63,060 nt of DNA from positions 1 to 63,060 of the forward strand of contig CAYWPS010000003.1 of assembly GCA_964460165.1 (NCBI GenBank), given 5' to 3'. Positions 1-9,356 of this stretch are shown here, piece by piece. Source of the DNA: an uncultured Ruminococcus sp. Lineage in GTDB: Bacteria; Bacillota; Clostridia; Oscillospirales; CAG-272. The position numbers and the translations under genes are program-made. The notes beneath the pieces were generated by a model. The model had not been told where the DNA came from. It saw only the letters and a list, made by a program, of their open reading frames with translations, and ran no database searches. Each line of letters opens with the position of its first letter. Position 1 is the stretch's first letter.

Positions 1-108
1 ATCAAGGTCATTTTCTATTCGCGTTTCCCTCCCTCAACGTATTTTTATACGTCTCTCGGTCGGGAGAACCCGAATTTTCGCTCTAAATCCCCCCATCCCC
101 TGCGCAAA

Positions 109-147
109 AGAGGCTAGCTCAAGTTTTTCGAACTTGAGCTAGCCTCT
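109..147. terminator. Bidirectional intrinsic-terminator-like hairpin
   Basis: Perfect 17-bp stem AGAGGCTAGCTCAAGTT / AACTTGAGCTAGCCTCT with a 5-nt loop. Flanked by an A-run on the left and TTTTGTT on the right. Lies just downstream of rsmI (minus strand). Confidence 0.7.
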
Positions 148-191
148 TTTGTTATGTAATTTAAACACAACTTTCATATATTATTATAAGC

Positions 192-1052
192 TTATTCAAC
201 AAGCGTTTTGTACAGCTCCGATTTAGATATTCCTCTGTCCTTTGCGGCAGCCTTTATTGCGTCCATCCTCTTCATTCCGAGCTTTTCGTAGTGATCTACG
301 TGATCCTCGGGCGAAAGCAAGAGCAGGGGATTATCCTCGCTCTTTTTACCGTCGCCTCCGTCTACAACGAGTACGTATTCGCCTCTCGGCTCTCGCTCCT
401 TATAGATCCTGACGGCATTGCCGAGCGTGGTTCTCTCGGTTTCCTCATTAAGCTTCGTGAGCTCACGGCACAGGGCTATCCTTCTCTCTGCTCCAAAGGC
501 GTCTAGCATGTCGTCGAGCGCAGCGCGCAGCTTGTGGGGCGCTTCGTAGAAGATCATGGTCCTTTCTTCGCTTACGAGCGCATCAAGCCTTTTTTTGCGC
601 TCACCCCTCTGAGCAGGGAGAAATCCCTCAAAAGCGAATCTTGCCGTAGGAAGTCCGGACAGCGCAAGCGCGCTCACCGAAGCCGATGCCCCGGGCACCA
701 CCTTCACCGTGACGCCCGCATCGGAGCAGAGCCTTACGAGGTCTTCTCCCGGGTCGCTTATAGCGGGCATGCCGGCGTCGGTGATGATAGCGCAGGACTC
801 GCCGCCAAGAAGCCTTCTGACGATCCTCTCGCCGCTTTCTCTTTTGTTATGCTCGTAGTAGCTTACCAGCTCCGCGTGTATGCCGAAGCAGGAGAGCAGC
901 TTCATGGAATTCCTTGTATCCTCCGCGGCTATGAAGTCCACCTCGGAGAGAACCTTTTTTGCTCTCTCGGTCATATCCGCGAGATTTCCTATCGGCGTTC
1001 CTACGAGATACAGAGTGGATCCTTCCACCTTGTTCTTTTCACTGCGTTCCAT
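192..1052 (-). CDS. rsmI: 16S rRNA (cytidine1402-2'-O)-methyltransferase RsmI
   Basis: 286-aa ORF. N-terminal LYLVGTPIGNLADMTxRA and DxIAAEDTR motifs typical of the RsmI/tetrapyrrole-methylase fold. Sits in the conserved neighbourhood with yabB, yaaT and holB. Confidence 0.9.
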   Translation of the reverse strand: MERSEKNKVEGSTLYLVGTPIGNLADMTERAKKVLSEVDFIAAEDTRNSMKLLSCFGIHAELVSYYEHNKRESGERIVRRLLGGESCAIITDAGMPAISDPGEDLVRLCSDAGVTVKVVPGASASVSALALSGLPTARFAFEGFLPAQRGERKKRLDALVSEERTMIFYEAPHKLRAALDDMLDAFGAERRIALCRELTKLNEETERTTLGNAVRIYKEREPRGEYVLVVDGGDGKKSEDNPLLLLSPEDHVDHYEKLGMKRMDAIKAAAKDRGISKSELYKTLVE

Positions 1053-1054
1053 TT

Positions 1055-1804
1055 TTATACCTTGTACTCCTTAGGGAATGATCCCTCGTCCATTATGAAA
1101 GCCATATCCTCGGAGTATTCCTTGTTGTCTGTATTTTTGTATATAAGCAGCGGCTTTGTAAACTTAAGTCCGCATTTTCCGCCTTTTTTCGCCTCTACGA
1201 GCACCATTGACGGCTCGCTTTTTTCATTTGCGTGCACGAGCGTCATTCTCTTTGGCTCAAGTCCCGATGACCTCATGGCATCGATGAGGTCGATGAGTCT
1301 GTCCGGCCGATACACCGCCGCGAAAGAACCGCCGTATTTAAGAGATCTTGCCGCAGATTTACAGAAATCGTATATAGTTCCCGCGACCTCGTGTCTGGCA
1401 ATATTCTTCTTACCGTCCGCATTGCTTCTGCCGCTTGCCGCCTTCATATAAGGCGGGTTTGAGAAGACTATTTCGCACTCCCTCTCGGGACGGTGCTCCC
1501 TTACGTCCGCACATATAGCGCAAAGTCTGTCGGCAAAGCCGTTGTGCTCCGCGTTTCTCTTTATAAGCTCTGCGTATTCCTCTTGTATCTCAATGCAGTC
1601 TATCCTGCCTATCTTCTTCCTTGCCAGCAGGAGCATAGAGATTATACCCGTACCGCCGCCAAGCTCGGCGCCGCTATTGTATTTACCGTTTATATAGCCC
1701 GCAAGCAAGAGGGCGTCGGTACCGAAGGTCAGTCCTTCGGTGTTCTGTATAAGCTCGATATCGTCGTTGACGTAGTCGAGCCTTTCGTTTTTCTTAAGCT
1801 CCAT
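1055..1804 (-). CDS. tRNA1(Val) (adenine37-N6)-methyltransferase-like SAM methyltransferase (YfiC/TrmN6, B. subtilis YabB-like)
   Basis: 249-aa ORF with SAM-binding GGGTGIISMLL and an NPPY catalytic motif (FSNPPYM). Conserved position next to rsmI. Confidence 0.8.
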   Translation of the reverse strand: MELKKNERLDYVNDDIELIQNTEGLTFGTDALLLAGYINGKYNSGAELGGGTGIISMLLLARKKIGRIDCIEIQEEYAELIKRNAEHNGFADRLCAICADVREHRPERECEIVFSNPPYMKAASGRSNADGKKNIARHEVAGTIYDFCKSAARSLKYGGSFAAVYRPDRLIDLIDAMRSSGLEPKRMTLVHANEKSEPSMVLVEAKKGGKCGLKFTKPLLIYKNTDNKEYSEDMAFIMDEGSFPKEYKV

Positions 1805-1840
1805 AAGCTCTCCGAATCAAAATCAAAAGTTTTAAGGAAA

Positions 1841-1869
1841 AAGGGGCGTTGCGAAAGCAACAGCCCCTT
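1841..1869 (-). terminator. Intrinsic terminator downstream of the ferredoxin gene
   Basis: On the minus strand: AAGGGGCTGTTGC TTTC GCAACGCCCCTT followed by TTTTCC. A GC-rich stem. Confidence 0.65.
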
Positions 1870-1887
1870 GGGAGTATGTACTCCGAA

Positions 1888-2058
1888 TTATTCCTCAACG
1901 GGAGCGCCAACAGGGCATACGTCTGCGCAGTTACCGCAGGAGATGCACTCATCAGCATTGATTTCGAACTTGCCATCACCCTCAGAAATGCAGGAAGTGG
2001 GGCAACCGTCTGCGCATGCACCGCAAGAGATGCACTCGTCAGTAATCTTGAAAGCCAT
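1888..2058 (-). CDS. 2x[4Fe-4S] ferredoxin (56 aa), absent from the supplied ORF track because it is under 60 aa
   Basis: Hand translation of the minus strand gives MAFKITDECISCGACADGCPTSCISEGDGKFEINADECISCGNCADVCPVGAPVEE. It has two CxxCxxCxxxCP clusters and a GGAGG RBS 7 nt upstream of the ATG. Confidence 0.85.
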   Translation of the reverse strand: MAFKITDECISCGACADGCPTSCISEGDGKFEINADECISCGNCADVCPVGAPVEE

Positions 2059-2168
2059 TGTAAATTCCTCCGTAAAAAACTTTTGGCAGGGAAATCTATC
2101 CCATACATCTATTTTATCATAACTTCTCGAAAAATCAAGAGTCTTTTAGAAAAAAGTTAAAATAATGT

Positions 2169-3107
2169 TTAATCGGTGGGGATATCGTCGTCCAGGGGCT
2201 CGTCGCTATGTGAGCTTCTCTGACCGTGCTTGAGCACCTTTACCTCTTTGCATTTAAAGAGCTTTACAGACTCCTTGTCGTTGTTTTCAAACTTAACCTT
2301 TATTTCCGCAGCGAGCGGCTTGGTCTCTATGACAGTGCCTTCACCGTCGGGTGTCTTTACTATCGAGCCGACCGAGGGGGTATTTCTAATAGCTTCCTCG
2401 TAGGTCTCGTGCTCGTATCTGAGACAGCACAGAAGTCTTCCGCACGCGCCGGAAACCTTGGAGGAGTTGAGCGAGAAGTTCTGCTCCTTCGCCATCTTGA
2501 TGGAGACCTGCACGAAATCGGTGAGAAATCCGGCGCAGCAGTATTTTCTGCCGCATACGGCAAGACCGCCCATCATCTTTGCCTCGTCTCGTATTCCTAT
2601 CTGACGGAGCTCGATCCTCGTGTGGAAGGTGGAGGCGAGATCCTTTACGAGCTCTCTGAAGTCAACGCGCGATTCAGCGGTGAAGTAGAATATGAGCTTG
2701 GAGTTATCAAAGGTATATTCGGTAGCCACGAGGCTCATGTCGAGCTTGTGGTTGGCTATCTTCTTTTTGCATAGGAGAGCGGCGTCGAGCTCGAGCTCGT
2801 GGTTTCTCGCGTCTCTCTCAATATCCTCCTTGGTAGCAAGCCTTGTAATGCTCTTAAGAGGAGGGACTATCTCGCTTGAGGGCACGCTTTTGTTAGGCAC
2901 CTTGACGGTACCCATCTCAATGCCTCTGGAGGTCTCGACTATTACCTTATCGCCGAGAGAGAGCTTTATTCCCTTGGGAGCGAAATAGTAGATCTTGCCT
3001 GCCTCGCGGAAATTGATTCCCACGACCTCGACCGTCTCGGGCGGGACCTGGGCGGCGGGAGCTGTGCTTGCGCTTTCGCTTTTTTTGTTATAATTCTTGT
3101 CTGCCAT
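2169..3107 (-). CDS. yaaT: PSP1-domain protein / stage 0 sporulation protein YaaT (RicT-like)
   Basis: 312-aa ORF. Cys-rich CGRKYCCAGFL...CGRLLCCLRYE signature of YaaT/PSP1. Sits directly downstream of holB, as in Bacillus. Confidence 0.85.
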   Translation of the reverse strand: MADKNYNKKSESASTAPAAQVPPETVEVVGINFREAGKIYYFAPKGIKLSLGDKVIVETSRGIEMGTVKVPNKSVPSSEIVPPLKSITRLATKEDIERDARNHELELDAALLCKKKIANHKLDMSLVATEYTFDNSKLIFYFTAESRVDFRELVKDLASTFHTRIELRQIGIRDEAKMMGGLAVCGRKYCCAGFLTDFVQVSIKMAKEQNFSLNSSKVSGACGRLLCCLRYEHETYEEAIRNTPSVGSIVKTPDGEGTVIETKPLAAEIKVKFENNDKESVKLFKCKEVKVLKHGQRSSHSDEPLDDDIPTD

Positions 3108-3139
3108 TTTTGTATATCCGTTCTGATTTTGATTTTATT

Positions 3140-4174
3140 TTACGCCATCTTGATCCTCGACGCCATATTCGCCGCGGCAAGTGTAACGTTAGCGTTCTTT
3201 TCACACTCGCGGTAGGTGTGCACGACTATGTCGTATATTTTTATCAGCCTTGCGATCGGTACGTCGCGGCAGGCGTCCTTTGCGGCGCCGCAGTCAGTGA
3301 AAAATACGGGAGCGAAGCCGTCGGATCTCTTAGCCGATATAAGATCGCCGAGCGCGGAGATCAGCACCTCGAGCGATGCGGCAAACTCAACTCTCTTTTG
3401 CGGTAATGAGGTGATCGCGGAGCAGAGCTCCGTGTACGGAGTCCGTTTTCCCAGAGCCTTAACGACCGCGAGTATCTCTGATCTGGTTTCCTCGTTTTCC
3501 TCGCGCGCCTTGGGATTCAGAAGCTCCGTTGCTTTTCCTATCCGCCCGTCCGCGCTTACGAGCAGGGATCTGTACGCCTCCGCATCCCTGAAGGCGAGGC
3601 TTCGCGCCTCAGCGCTTATCCGCTCAAGATGCGTTGCGAGCTCATCAGCCGTAAATCGCGACATCGCTACGTACTGGGTTCTGCTTTTTATGGTGGTAAG
3701 TATTGAGTCGGTTCCCGACGCCAAGAGAATGATGACTACGTTTTTGGGAGGCTCCTCAAGTATTATCAGGAGGGCGTTCTGCGCCTCTGGCGTCATTTTT
3801 TCCGCCTCGTCGATGATGTAGACCTTGTGCGCGGATTCGGTTGCCGAGAGGTACATATCCGCTCGGAAGTCCTTGATCTGATTTACGCCGATGGTCGCCT
3901 TGCCGTCCGTACGCTTAAGTATCTTTACGTCCGTGAAAGAGCCGTCGTGTATCCTTCTGCATGAGTTGCATCTTCCGCAGGGAAGCGGGCGCGTTGCGTC
4001 CGACACGCACTCGCAGTTTAAGGCGGAGGCTATCTCGGTCGCAAATGTCATCTTTCCCGAGCCCCGCGGTCCGTCTATCAGGAGCGCGTGCGGAAGGCGT
4101 CCCTCGGCTATCGCTGAGGCTATTCTGTTCTTATGAAAGTCGTTGCCGAAAATAGTCGGAAAATACGTTCTCAC
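3140..4174 (-). CDS. holB: DNA polymerase III subunit delta' (HolB)
   Basis: 344-aa ORF. AAA+ Walker-A-like GPRGSGKMTFA, zinc module CGRCNSCRR, and DEAEKM. Conserved synteny. Confidence 0.85.
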   Translation of the reverse strand: MRTYFPTIFGNDFHKNRIASAIAEGRLPHALLIDGPRGSGKMTFATEIASALNCECVSDATRPLPCGRCNSCRRIHDGSFTDVKILKRTDGKATIGVNQIKDFRADMYLSATESAHKVYIIDEAEKMTPEAQNALLIILEEPPKNVVIILLASGTDSILTTIKSRTQYVAMSRFTADELATHLERISAEARSLAFRDAEAYRSLLVSADGRIGKATELLNPKAREENEETRSEILAVVKALGKRTPYTELCSAITSLPQKRVEFAASLEVLISALGDLISAKRSDGFAPVFFTDCGAAKDACRDVPIARLIKIYDIVVHTYRECEKNANVTLAAANMASRIKMA

Positions 4175-4338
4175 GTCTGCCTCCGCGGTGATTAGTCGAG
4201 AAGTGCAAGGCAGGTATTCGTCCCGTATACGAGCCTATAAGCTCTTTGTTGCAATTCTTCGCCATCTAATACTTTAACATATTTTCATTTGAAAGTCAAT
4301 AAAATTATTATTTCTTGCGATAAAGTTTTGAGAAAAAC

Positions 4339-4367
4339 TTGTATTTTCGGGAAAAGTGTGTTAAAAT
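4339..4367 (+). promoter_or_regulatory. Sigma-A-type promoter for metG
   Basis: -35 TTGTAT (4339-4344), 17-nt spacer, extended -10 TGtTAAAAT (TAAAAT at 4362-4367). About 55 nt upstream of the metG ATG. Confidence 0.6.
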
Positions 4368-4420
4368 AGTAAACTGAAATAATATGCGCGGGCTCATTCG
4401 CCCTCGCACAGGAGGAAACT

Positions 4421-6358
4421 ATGGAAAAATTCTATTTAACCACCGCGATAGCGTACGCGTCGAGAAAGCCGCATTTCGGCAACACCTACGAGATCATTAT
4501 GACGGATGCTTTTGCCCGCTTCCAGAGAAGAATGGGTAAGGACGTCTTTATGTGCACCGGCACCGACGAGCATGGACAGAAGATCGAGAATCTCGCTATC
4601 GAGGCAGGTATTACCCCCAAGGCATACGTTGATAAGATCGCCGCGGAGATAAAGGGGATCTGGGACCTTATGGGTGTTGAGTACGATCACTTCATCCGTA
4701 CCACGGACGACTATCATGAGAAGGTAGTTGCTAAGATATTCAAAAAATTCTATGATCAGGGCGATATATATAAGAGCTATTATGAGGGCTGGTACTGCAC
4801 TCCCTGCGAGTCCTTCTTTACCGCTACTCAGGTAGTCGACGGCAAGTGCCCCGACTGCGGACGCGAGGTCGCTCAGGCGAAGGAGGAGGCGTACTTCTTC
4901 AAGATGTCCAAGTACGCAGACCGCCTTATCAAGCACATAGAGGATAACCCCGAGTTTATCGAGCCCGAGAGCCGCAAGAAGGAGATGGTCAACAACTTTC
5001 TTAAGGCGGGTCTTCAGGACCTTTGCGTATCCCGTACCTCCTTCAAGTGGGGTATTCCCGTTGACTTTGATCCGAAGCACGTCGTTTACGTATGGCTTGA
5101 CGCGCTTACCAACTATATCACCGCGCTCGGCTACGACCCCGATAAGTCCTATGAGGAGCAGAGTGAGAAGTTCAGAAGGTATTGGCCGGCTGACGTTCAC
5201 ATCATAGGCAAGGACATACTTCGCTTCCATACTATCTATTGGCCCATCTTCCTTATGGCGCTCGAGCTGCCCCTTCCCAAGAAGGTGTTTGGCCATCCTT
5301 GGTTCAACTTCGGCAACGACAAGATGTCCAAGTCCAAGGGCAACGTGGTATACGCTGACGAGCTTGCCGAGACCTTCGGCGTTGACGCGGTACGCTACTA
5401 CGCTCTTTCCGAGATGCCCTACGGCTCCGACGGCTCTATAACCTACGAGGCTGTTATCACGAGGTACAACAACGACCTTGCCAACAACCTCGGTAACCTT
5501 GTAAGCCGTACTCACGCTATGACCAAGAAATACTTTGACGGCGTAGTTCCCGCGCCCGACGTACGAGAGCCCATCGACGACGAGCTTTATGCTGCGGTAA
5601 GAGAGGGAATAGACGGTTCCGTAAGACTTATGGATTCCTATCACGTCGCGGATTCTCTCGAGGCTATCTTCTCGATGCTCCGCCGCGCGAACAAATATAT
5701 CGACGAGACTATGCCTTGGGTGCTTGCCAAGAGCGAGGAGACAAAGGGACGTCTTGCAACGGTAATATACAATCTTCTTGAGGTTATCCGTACCGCCGCG
5801 GTCCTTCTCGTTCCCTATATCCCATCTACCGCGCAGGCTATCTTCGGTCAGCTCGGCACTGACGAGACCGAGTATGAGAGCATCGCCTCCTTTGGAGCTC
5901 TTGAGTCCGGAAAGCCTCTGGGCGAGGCGTTCACTCTCTTCGCCAGAATCGACGAAAAGAAGTTCCTCGCTGATATGGAGGAGAAGATCAGACTTGCCCA
6001 AGAGGCTTCAAAGCCCGTAGAGGAGCCCGAGCACGAGGCAGAGATCGGCATCGACGCGTTCTCAGCCGTTGAGCTTCGCGTGGCAGAGATACTTGAGTGC
6101 GAGCCTGTTCCTAAGGCAAAGAAGCTTCTCAAGCTTCAGGTTGACCTCGGATACGAGAAGCGGCAGGTCGTTTCCGGCATCGCGAAGTTCTATCAGCCCG
6201 CTGACCTTATCGGCAAGAAGGTTTGTCTCGTTACCAACCTCAAGCCCTGCAAGCTTTGCGGCGTTGACAGCTACGGCATGATACTTGCCTCGGGCGACGA
6301 GGACGTGAAGGTGGTATTCCTTGATCCCGCCGCAAAGAACGGAGACAGAATACACTGA
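4421..6358 (+). CDS. metG: Methionine--tRNA ligase with C-terminal tRNA-binding (EMAP/Trbp111-like) domain
   Basis: 645-aa ORF. Class I HIGH-type (KPHFGNTYE) and KMSKS motifs, a CxxC...CxxC zinc knuckle, and a GGAGGA RBS. Confidence 0.95.
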   Translation: MEKFYLTTAIAYASRKPHFGNTYEIIMTDAFARFQRRMGKDVFMCTGTDEHGQKIENLAIEAGITPKAYVDKIAAEIKGIWDLMGVEYDHFIRTTDDYHEKVVAKIFKKFYDQGDIYKSYYEGWYCTPCESFFTATQVVDGKCPDCGREVAQAKEEAYFFKMSKYADRLIKHIEDNPEFIEPESRKKEMVNNFLKAGLQDLCVSRTSFKWGIPVDFDPKHVVYVWLDALTNYITALGYDPDKSYEEQSEKFRRYWPADVHIIGKDILRFHTIYWPIFLMALELPLPKKVFGHPWFNFGNDKMSKSKGNVVYADELAETFGVDAVRYYALSEMPYGSDGSITYEAVITRYNNDLANNLGNLVSRTHAMTKKYFDGVVPAPDVREPIDDELYAAVREGIDGSVRLMDSYHVADSLEAIFSMLRRANKYIDETMPWVLAKSEETKGRLATVIYNLLEVIRTAAVLLVPYIPSTAQAIFGQLGTDETEYESIASFGALESGKPLGEAFTLFARIDEKKFLADMEEKIRLAQEASKPVEEPEHEAEIGIDAFSAVELRVAEILECEPVPKAKKLLKLQVDLGYEKRQVVSGIAKFYQPADLIGKKVCLVTNLKPCKLCGVDSYGMILASGDEDVKVVFLDPAAKNGDRIH

Positions 6359-7143
6359 TGAGATACTTCGATTCACACGCTCATTACTACGATGAGAGAT
6401 TTGAGTCGGAAATAAACGGGAGCGTCGATGATCTTATCGGCGCTCTTCTTAAAGACTCTGTCTCGTATATCGTCAATATAGGCACCTCGCCCGAGACATC
6501 GCGTCTAGCGATAGAGCAGGCGCGGCGCCACGAAAATATGTACACCGCCATAGGCATCCATCCATCCGACACGCGCTTTCTCTCGGATATCGACGCCGAG
6601 CTTGAGGAGATCGAGGCTCTTATCCTCGACCCGAAAAGCAAGTGCGTTTGTATCGGTGAGATAGGGCTTGACTACCACTACGACGGCACCGATAAGGAAA
6701 AACAGACGGAATATTTCGAAAGGCAGATGCTCCTTGCCGAAAAGCTCGGTCTGCCCGTATCCATACACGACAGAGAGGCTCACGCGGACACTCTCGAGGT
6801 GATAAAGCGGCATCCTGGCGTAAAGGGGATCCTTCACAGCTTTTCAGGCTCCCGCGAGATGGCAGAGGAGCTTGTTAAGCTCGGCTATTACATCTCATTT
6901 TCCGGCACTCTCACATTCACAAATGCGAGAAAGCCGCGCGAGGTCGCGGCTATTCTGCCCAAGGATAAGGTGCTGATTGAGACCGATTGCCCATATCTTG
7001 CGCCTCATCCGCACCGCGGTAAGATCAATCACTCGGGTTATCTCTCATATACCAACGCGATCCTTGCGAGTGTATGGGGAGTCAGCGAGGAGGAGTGCGC
7101 CCGCATCACCGGGGAGAACGCGAGGAGGATATTCGGTATATGA
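6358..7143 (+). CDS. tatD: TatD-family metal-dependent hydrolase/DNase (YabD-like)
   Basis: 261-aa ORF. Starts FDSHAHY, with internal EIGLDYHY. Its start overlaps the metG stop (TGATG). Conserved metG-tatD synteny. Confidence 0.9.
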   Translation: MRYFDSHAHYYDERFESEINGSVDDLIGALLKDSVSYIVNIGTSPETSRLAIEQARRHENMYTAIGIHPSDTRFLSDIDAELEEIEALILDPKSKCVCIGEIGLDYHYDGTDKEKQTEYFERQMLLAEKLGLPVSIHDREAHADTLEVIKRHPGVKGILHSFSGSREMAEELVKLGYYISFSGTLTFTNARKPREVAAILPKDKVLIETDCPYLAPHPHRGKINHSGYLSYTNAILASVWGVSEEECARITGENARRIFGI

Positions 7144-7751
7144 AAAAGGAAATGACAGTCACCTATATCGTTGACGGCGCTCTTTATATAAACGTTACCA
7201 ACAGATGTACCAATAATTGTGAGTTCTGTATCAGAAAGAACGGTGACGGAGCGTACGGCTCCGACTCTCTCTGGCTTGTTCGCGAGCCTACCGAGCAGGA
7301 GATACTTGAGTCCGTCTTTTCGCACGATCTTTCCGGCTTTTCCGAGGTCGTTTTCTGCGGATACGGAGAGCCGTCGATCAGACTCGACGTAATAAGAAAC
7401 GTAGCTCTAAAAATAAAAGAGAAGTGTCCTGTCACGGTGCGTATCAACACCAACGGACACTCCTCGCTGTATCACGGCTTCGACACGGCGCCGCTTTATG
7501 AGGAAGCGTTCGACTGTGTTTCCGTGAGTCTCAACACTCCCTCTCTCGATAGGTATAACGAAATATGCCATCCCGTGCTTGACGGAGCGTACGGCGCAAT
7601 GCTCGAATTTACCGGCAAGGTGAAGAGTTACGTCCCGAAGGTCATCCTCTCGGTAGTCCGCGACTTCCTCACTGACGAGGAGCTCGCCGAGTGCTCGCGC
7701 ATTGCCGACGGGCTTGGCGTTGTCCTGAAGGTCAGGGACTATATCTCCTGA
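7140..7751 (+). CDS. Radical SAM protein of the TatD-associated family
   Basis: The internal start MKKEMTVTY at 7140 overlaps the tatD stop (ATGA). CxxxCxxC cluster in NRCTNNCEFCIRK. Shortened relative to the track ORF 7074..7751. Confidence 0.75.
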   Translation: MKKEMTVTYIVDGALYINVTNRCTNNCEFCIRKNGDGAYGSDSLWLVREPTEQEILESVFSHDLSGFSEVVFCGYGEPSIRLDVIRNVALKIKEKCPVTVRINTNGHSSLYHGFDTAPLYEEAFDCVSVSLNTPSLDRYNEICHPVLDGAYGAMLEFTGKVKSYVPKVILSVVRDFLTDEELAECSRIADGLGVVLKVRDYIS

Positions 7752-8926
7752 CGCTCGGCCCGAGGTGTCATCACGGGCGAGCTTATGAGATCGAACATGC
7801 TTGCCATAGCCATAAGATCTGAGGTACACACTCTGCCGATATCAAAGCTTATTCCCATAAAGCCAAGCTCGCTTACAAGCTCGAGCTTGGCTTTCGTATT
7901 TTCAAGACTCTCAAGGAGCATCTCGCGTTTCTTATGCTTACCGTAGCAGGCGCTGATCAGCAGACGCTCCTTATCGACCGTCATATCCGCGCGCCTTTTG
8001 TCCGCGGCTCTGAGCGCCTCTCTCTTTTCTATATACTTTCCCGACGAGTATGCGAAGCTTGATATCTCCACGAAGGCTCTGCAGGATTCTCCCGAATAGG
8101 CAAAGCTTTCGAGCGCCGCCCGCTCACCGCCGTTGAAGCTCGGCGGATCATTAAGATGTATTTTATCGTAAGTAAGCACTCCCGCGTCTGCGTAGTCCAT
8201 ATAAGAGGTATCGGCATCAAGATCCCCCTCGGCAAACAGCAAAAGATCCCCCTGCATCAGCGTTTTCCTGACTGCAAAGACGAGACTGTCGAGCCTCTCC
8301 TTATCCGAGCTCATGGTATTAAGACTTGATAGCGTAACTCCGGAAAAACCGCCGCTTTTTGCCAGTATCCCTATACTGTTTGCGAAGTCTGACTCTCCGT
8401 CCTTTTGCGGAAGCTCGGTGAGATATACACGAAGCATCGGTGTGCGTCCGAGACTTTTTACGTAATTCACGACCTCATCACTCTGGAACAGGCTGTGCGC
8501 GCGTCCGTCCTTGTACACCGCGGAGCATACTGTTACGTAGCTTAGATAGGGCATTATAGCCGCCAGTCTATCCCTTGCAACCCCGGCGTAAAGATATCCG
8601 TTCACGCTTATCATTCCGTAGCTTGGCGTGCTCTCCTTTATCGTCAGCAGCTGACCGCCGTACAGCTTCTCGCGCCCCTCGAGCTCGGGGTTGAGCCTCA
8701 TCAGCGCCTCCTTCGTGGTTTTGAATCTTTCGGCTATCCTGCCGAGAGTATCCGAGCTCTTGACGTTATAGGTCCTCGACGGAGTCAGCACGAGCACCTC
8801 GCGCCCCTTTGGGAGTCTGCCTCTTATCTCAAGCTCGTTTACCTCTGCTATTTTTATCGGAGATACTCCGTATTCTCTTGCTATATCGTATACGCTTTCG
8901 TTGCTTCCCGTGCGGTATATCTGCAT
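7739..8926 (-). CDS. Two LysM domains plus a GH18-like (YaaH/YdhD-type) spore peptidoglycan hydrolase-like protein
   Basis: Two LysM repeats (YRTGSNESVYDIAREYGV..., YNVKSSDTLGRIAERFKT...) followed by a TIM-barrel-like region. Start set at MQIYR (8926), which has an AGGAGA RBS 5 nt upstream. Confidence 0.7.
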   Translation of the reverse strand: MQIYRTGSNESVYDIAREYGVSPIKIAEVNELEIRGRLPKGREVLVLTPSRTYNVKSSDTLGRIAERFKTTKEALMRLNPELEGREKLYGGQLLTIKESTPSYGMISVNGYLYAGVARDRLAAIMPYLSYVTVCSAVYKDGRAHSLFQSDEVVNYVKSLGRTPMLRVYLTELPQKDGESDFANSIGILAKSGGFSGVTLSSLNTMSSDKERLDSLVFAVRKTLMQGDLLLFAEGDLDADTSYMDYADAGVLTYDKIHLNDPPSFNGGERAALESFAYSGESCRAFVEISSFAYSSGKYIEKREALRAADKRRADMTVDKERLLISACYGKHKKREMLLESLENTKAKLELVSELGFMGISFDIGRVCTSDLMAMASMFDLISSPVMTPRAERQEI

Positions 8927-9086
8927 ATTTTCTCCTTTGCTTTTTATCTTCATTATATGCAAAAAGACTTGACTCGACTATTATACAGATAATGGAGGTA
9001 ATAATCGGTCGAAAATTGAAATATAACTTGCAAAAAAAGTTTAAGTGTGATAAAATATGCGTATAACGGTTATTTCGGAGGAACTT

Positions 9087-9356
9087 ATGAGGCTAAAGAG
9101 CGGTTTTGTGCTGGAGGAGGTCGGCGGTACGTATCTCGCGGTTGCCGTCGGTGAGCGCGCCGAGGAATTCAAGGTGTTGATCAAGCTGAATTCTACGGGA
9201 GCTTTTCTTTGGAAAATAGTATCCGAGAGGGATGTCACCGAGGAGGAGCTTGTATCCGGGCTTCTCGGCGCGTACAGGGTCGACCCTGACAGAGCGCGGC
9301 GAGACGTGGCAGCCTTTGTCAAAATACTTTCGGACGGCGGACTGTTGGATGGATAA
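9087..9356 (+). CDS. PqqD-family (RRE-type) small protein
   Basis: LNSTGAFLWKIV...TEEELVSGLLGAYRVDPDRARRDVAAFVKILSDGGLL matches the PqqD pattern. Start at MRLKSG with a GGAGGA RBS. Confidence 0.75.
   Translation: MRLKSGFVLEEVGGTYLAVAVGERAEEFKVLIKLNSTGAFLWKIVSERDVTEEELVSGLLGAYRVDPDRARRDVAAFVKILSDGGLLDG

Noticed and set aside
4436-6001. 521-codon open reading frame antisense to metG, the longest non-annotated ORF in the window.
   Set aside because: Its codons are exactly aligned with the metG codons on the opposite strand: (6001-4421+1) is divisible by 3. Stops in that frame would need sense-strand TTA, CTA or TCA codons, which this genome evidently avoids. The product is Leu/Val/Gly/Arg/Ser-rich with no motifs and no RBS. 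It is a shadow ORF, although it is a curiosity given the Rodin-Ohno sense/antisense idea for aaRS genes.
8993-9067. 24-codon Cys-containing ORF (MEVIIGRKLKYNLQKKFKCDKICV) just upstream of the PqqD-like gene, considered as a RiPP precursor.
   Set aside because: There is no RBS before its ATG, and the best promoter for the PqqD-like gene (TTGCAA-17-TAAAAT) lies inside it, so it would not be on the same transcript. It is part of a spurious 85-aa track ORF.
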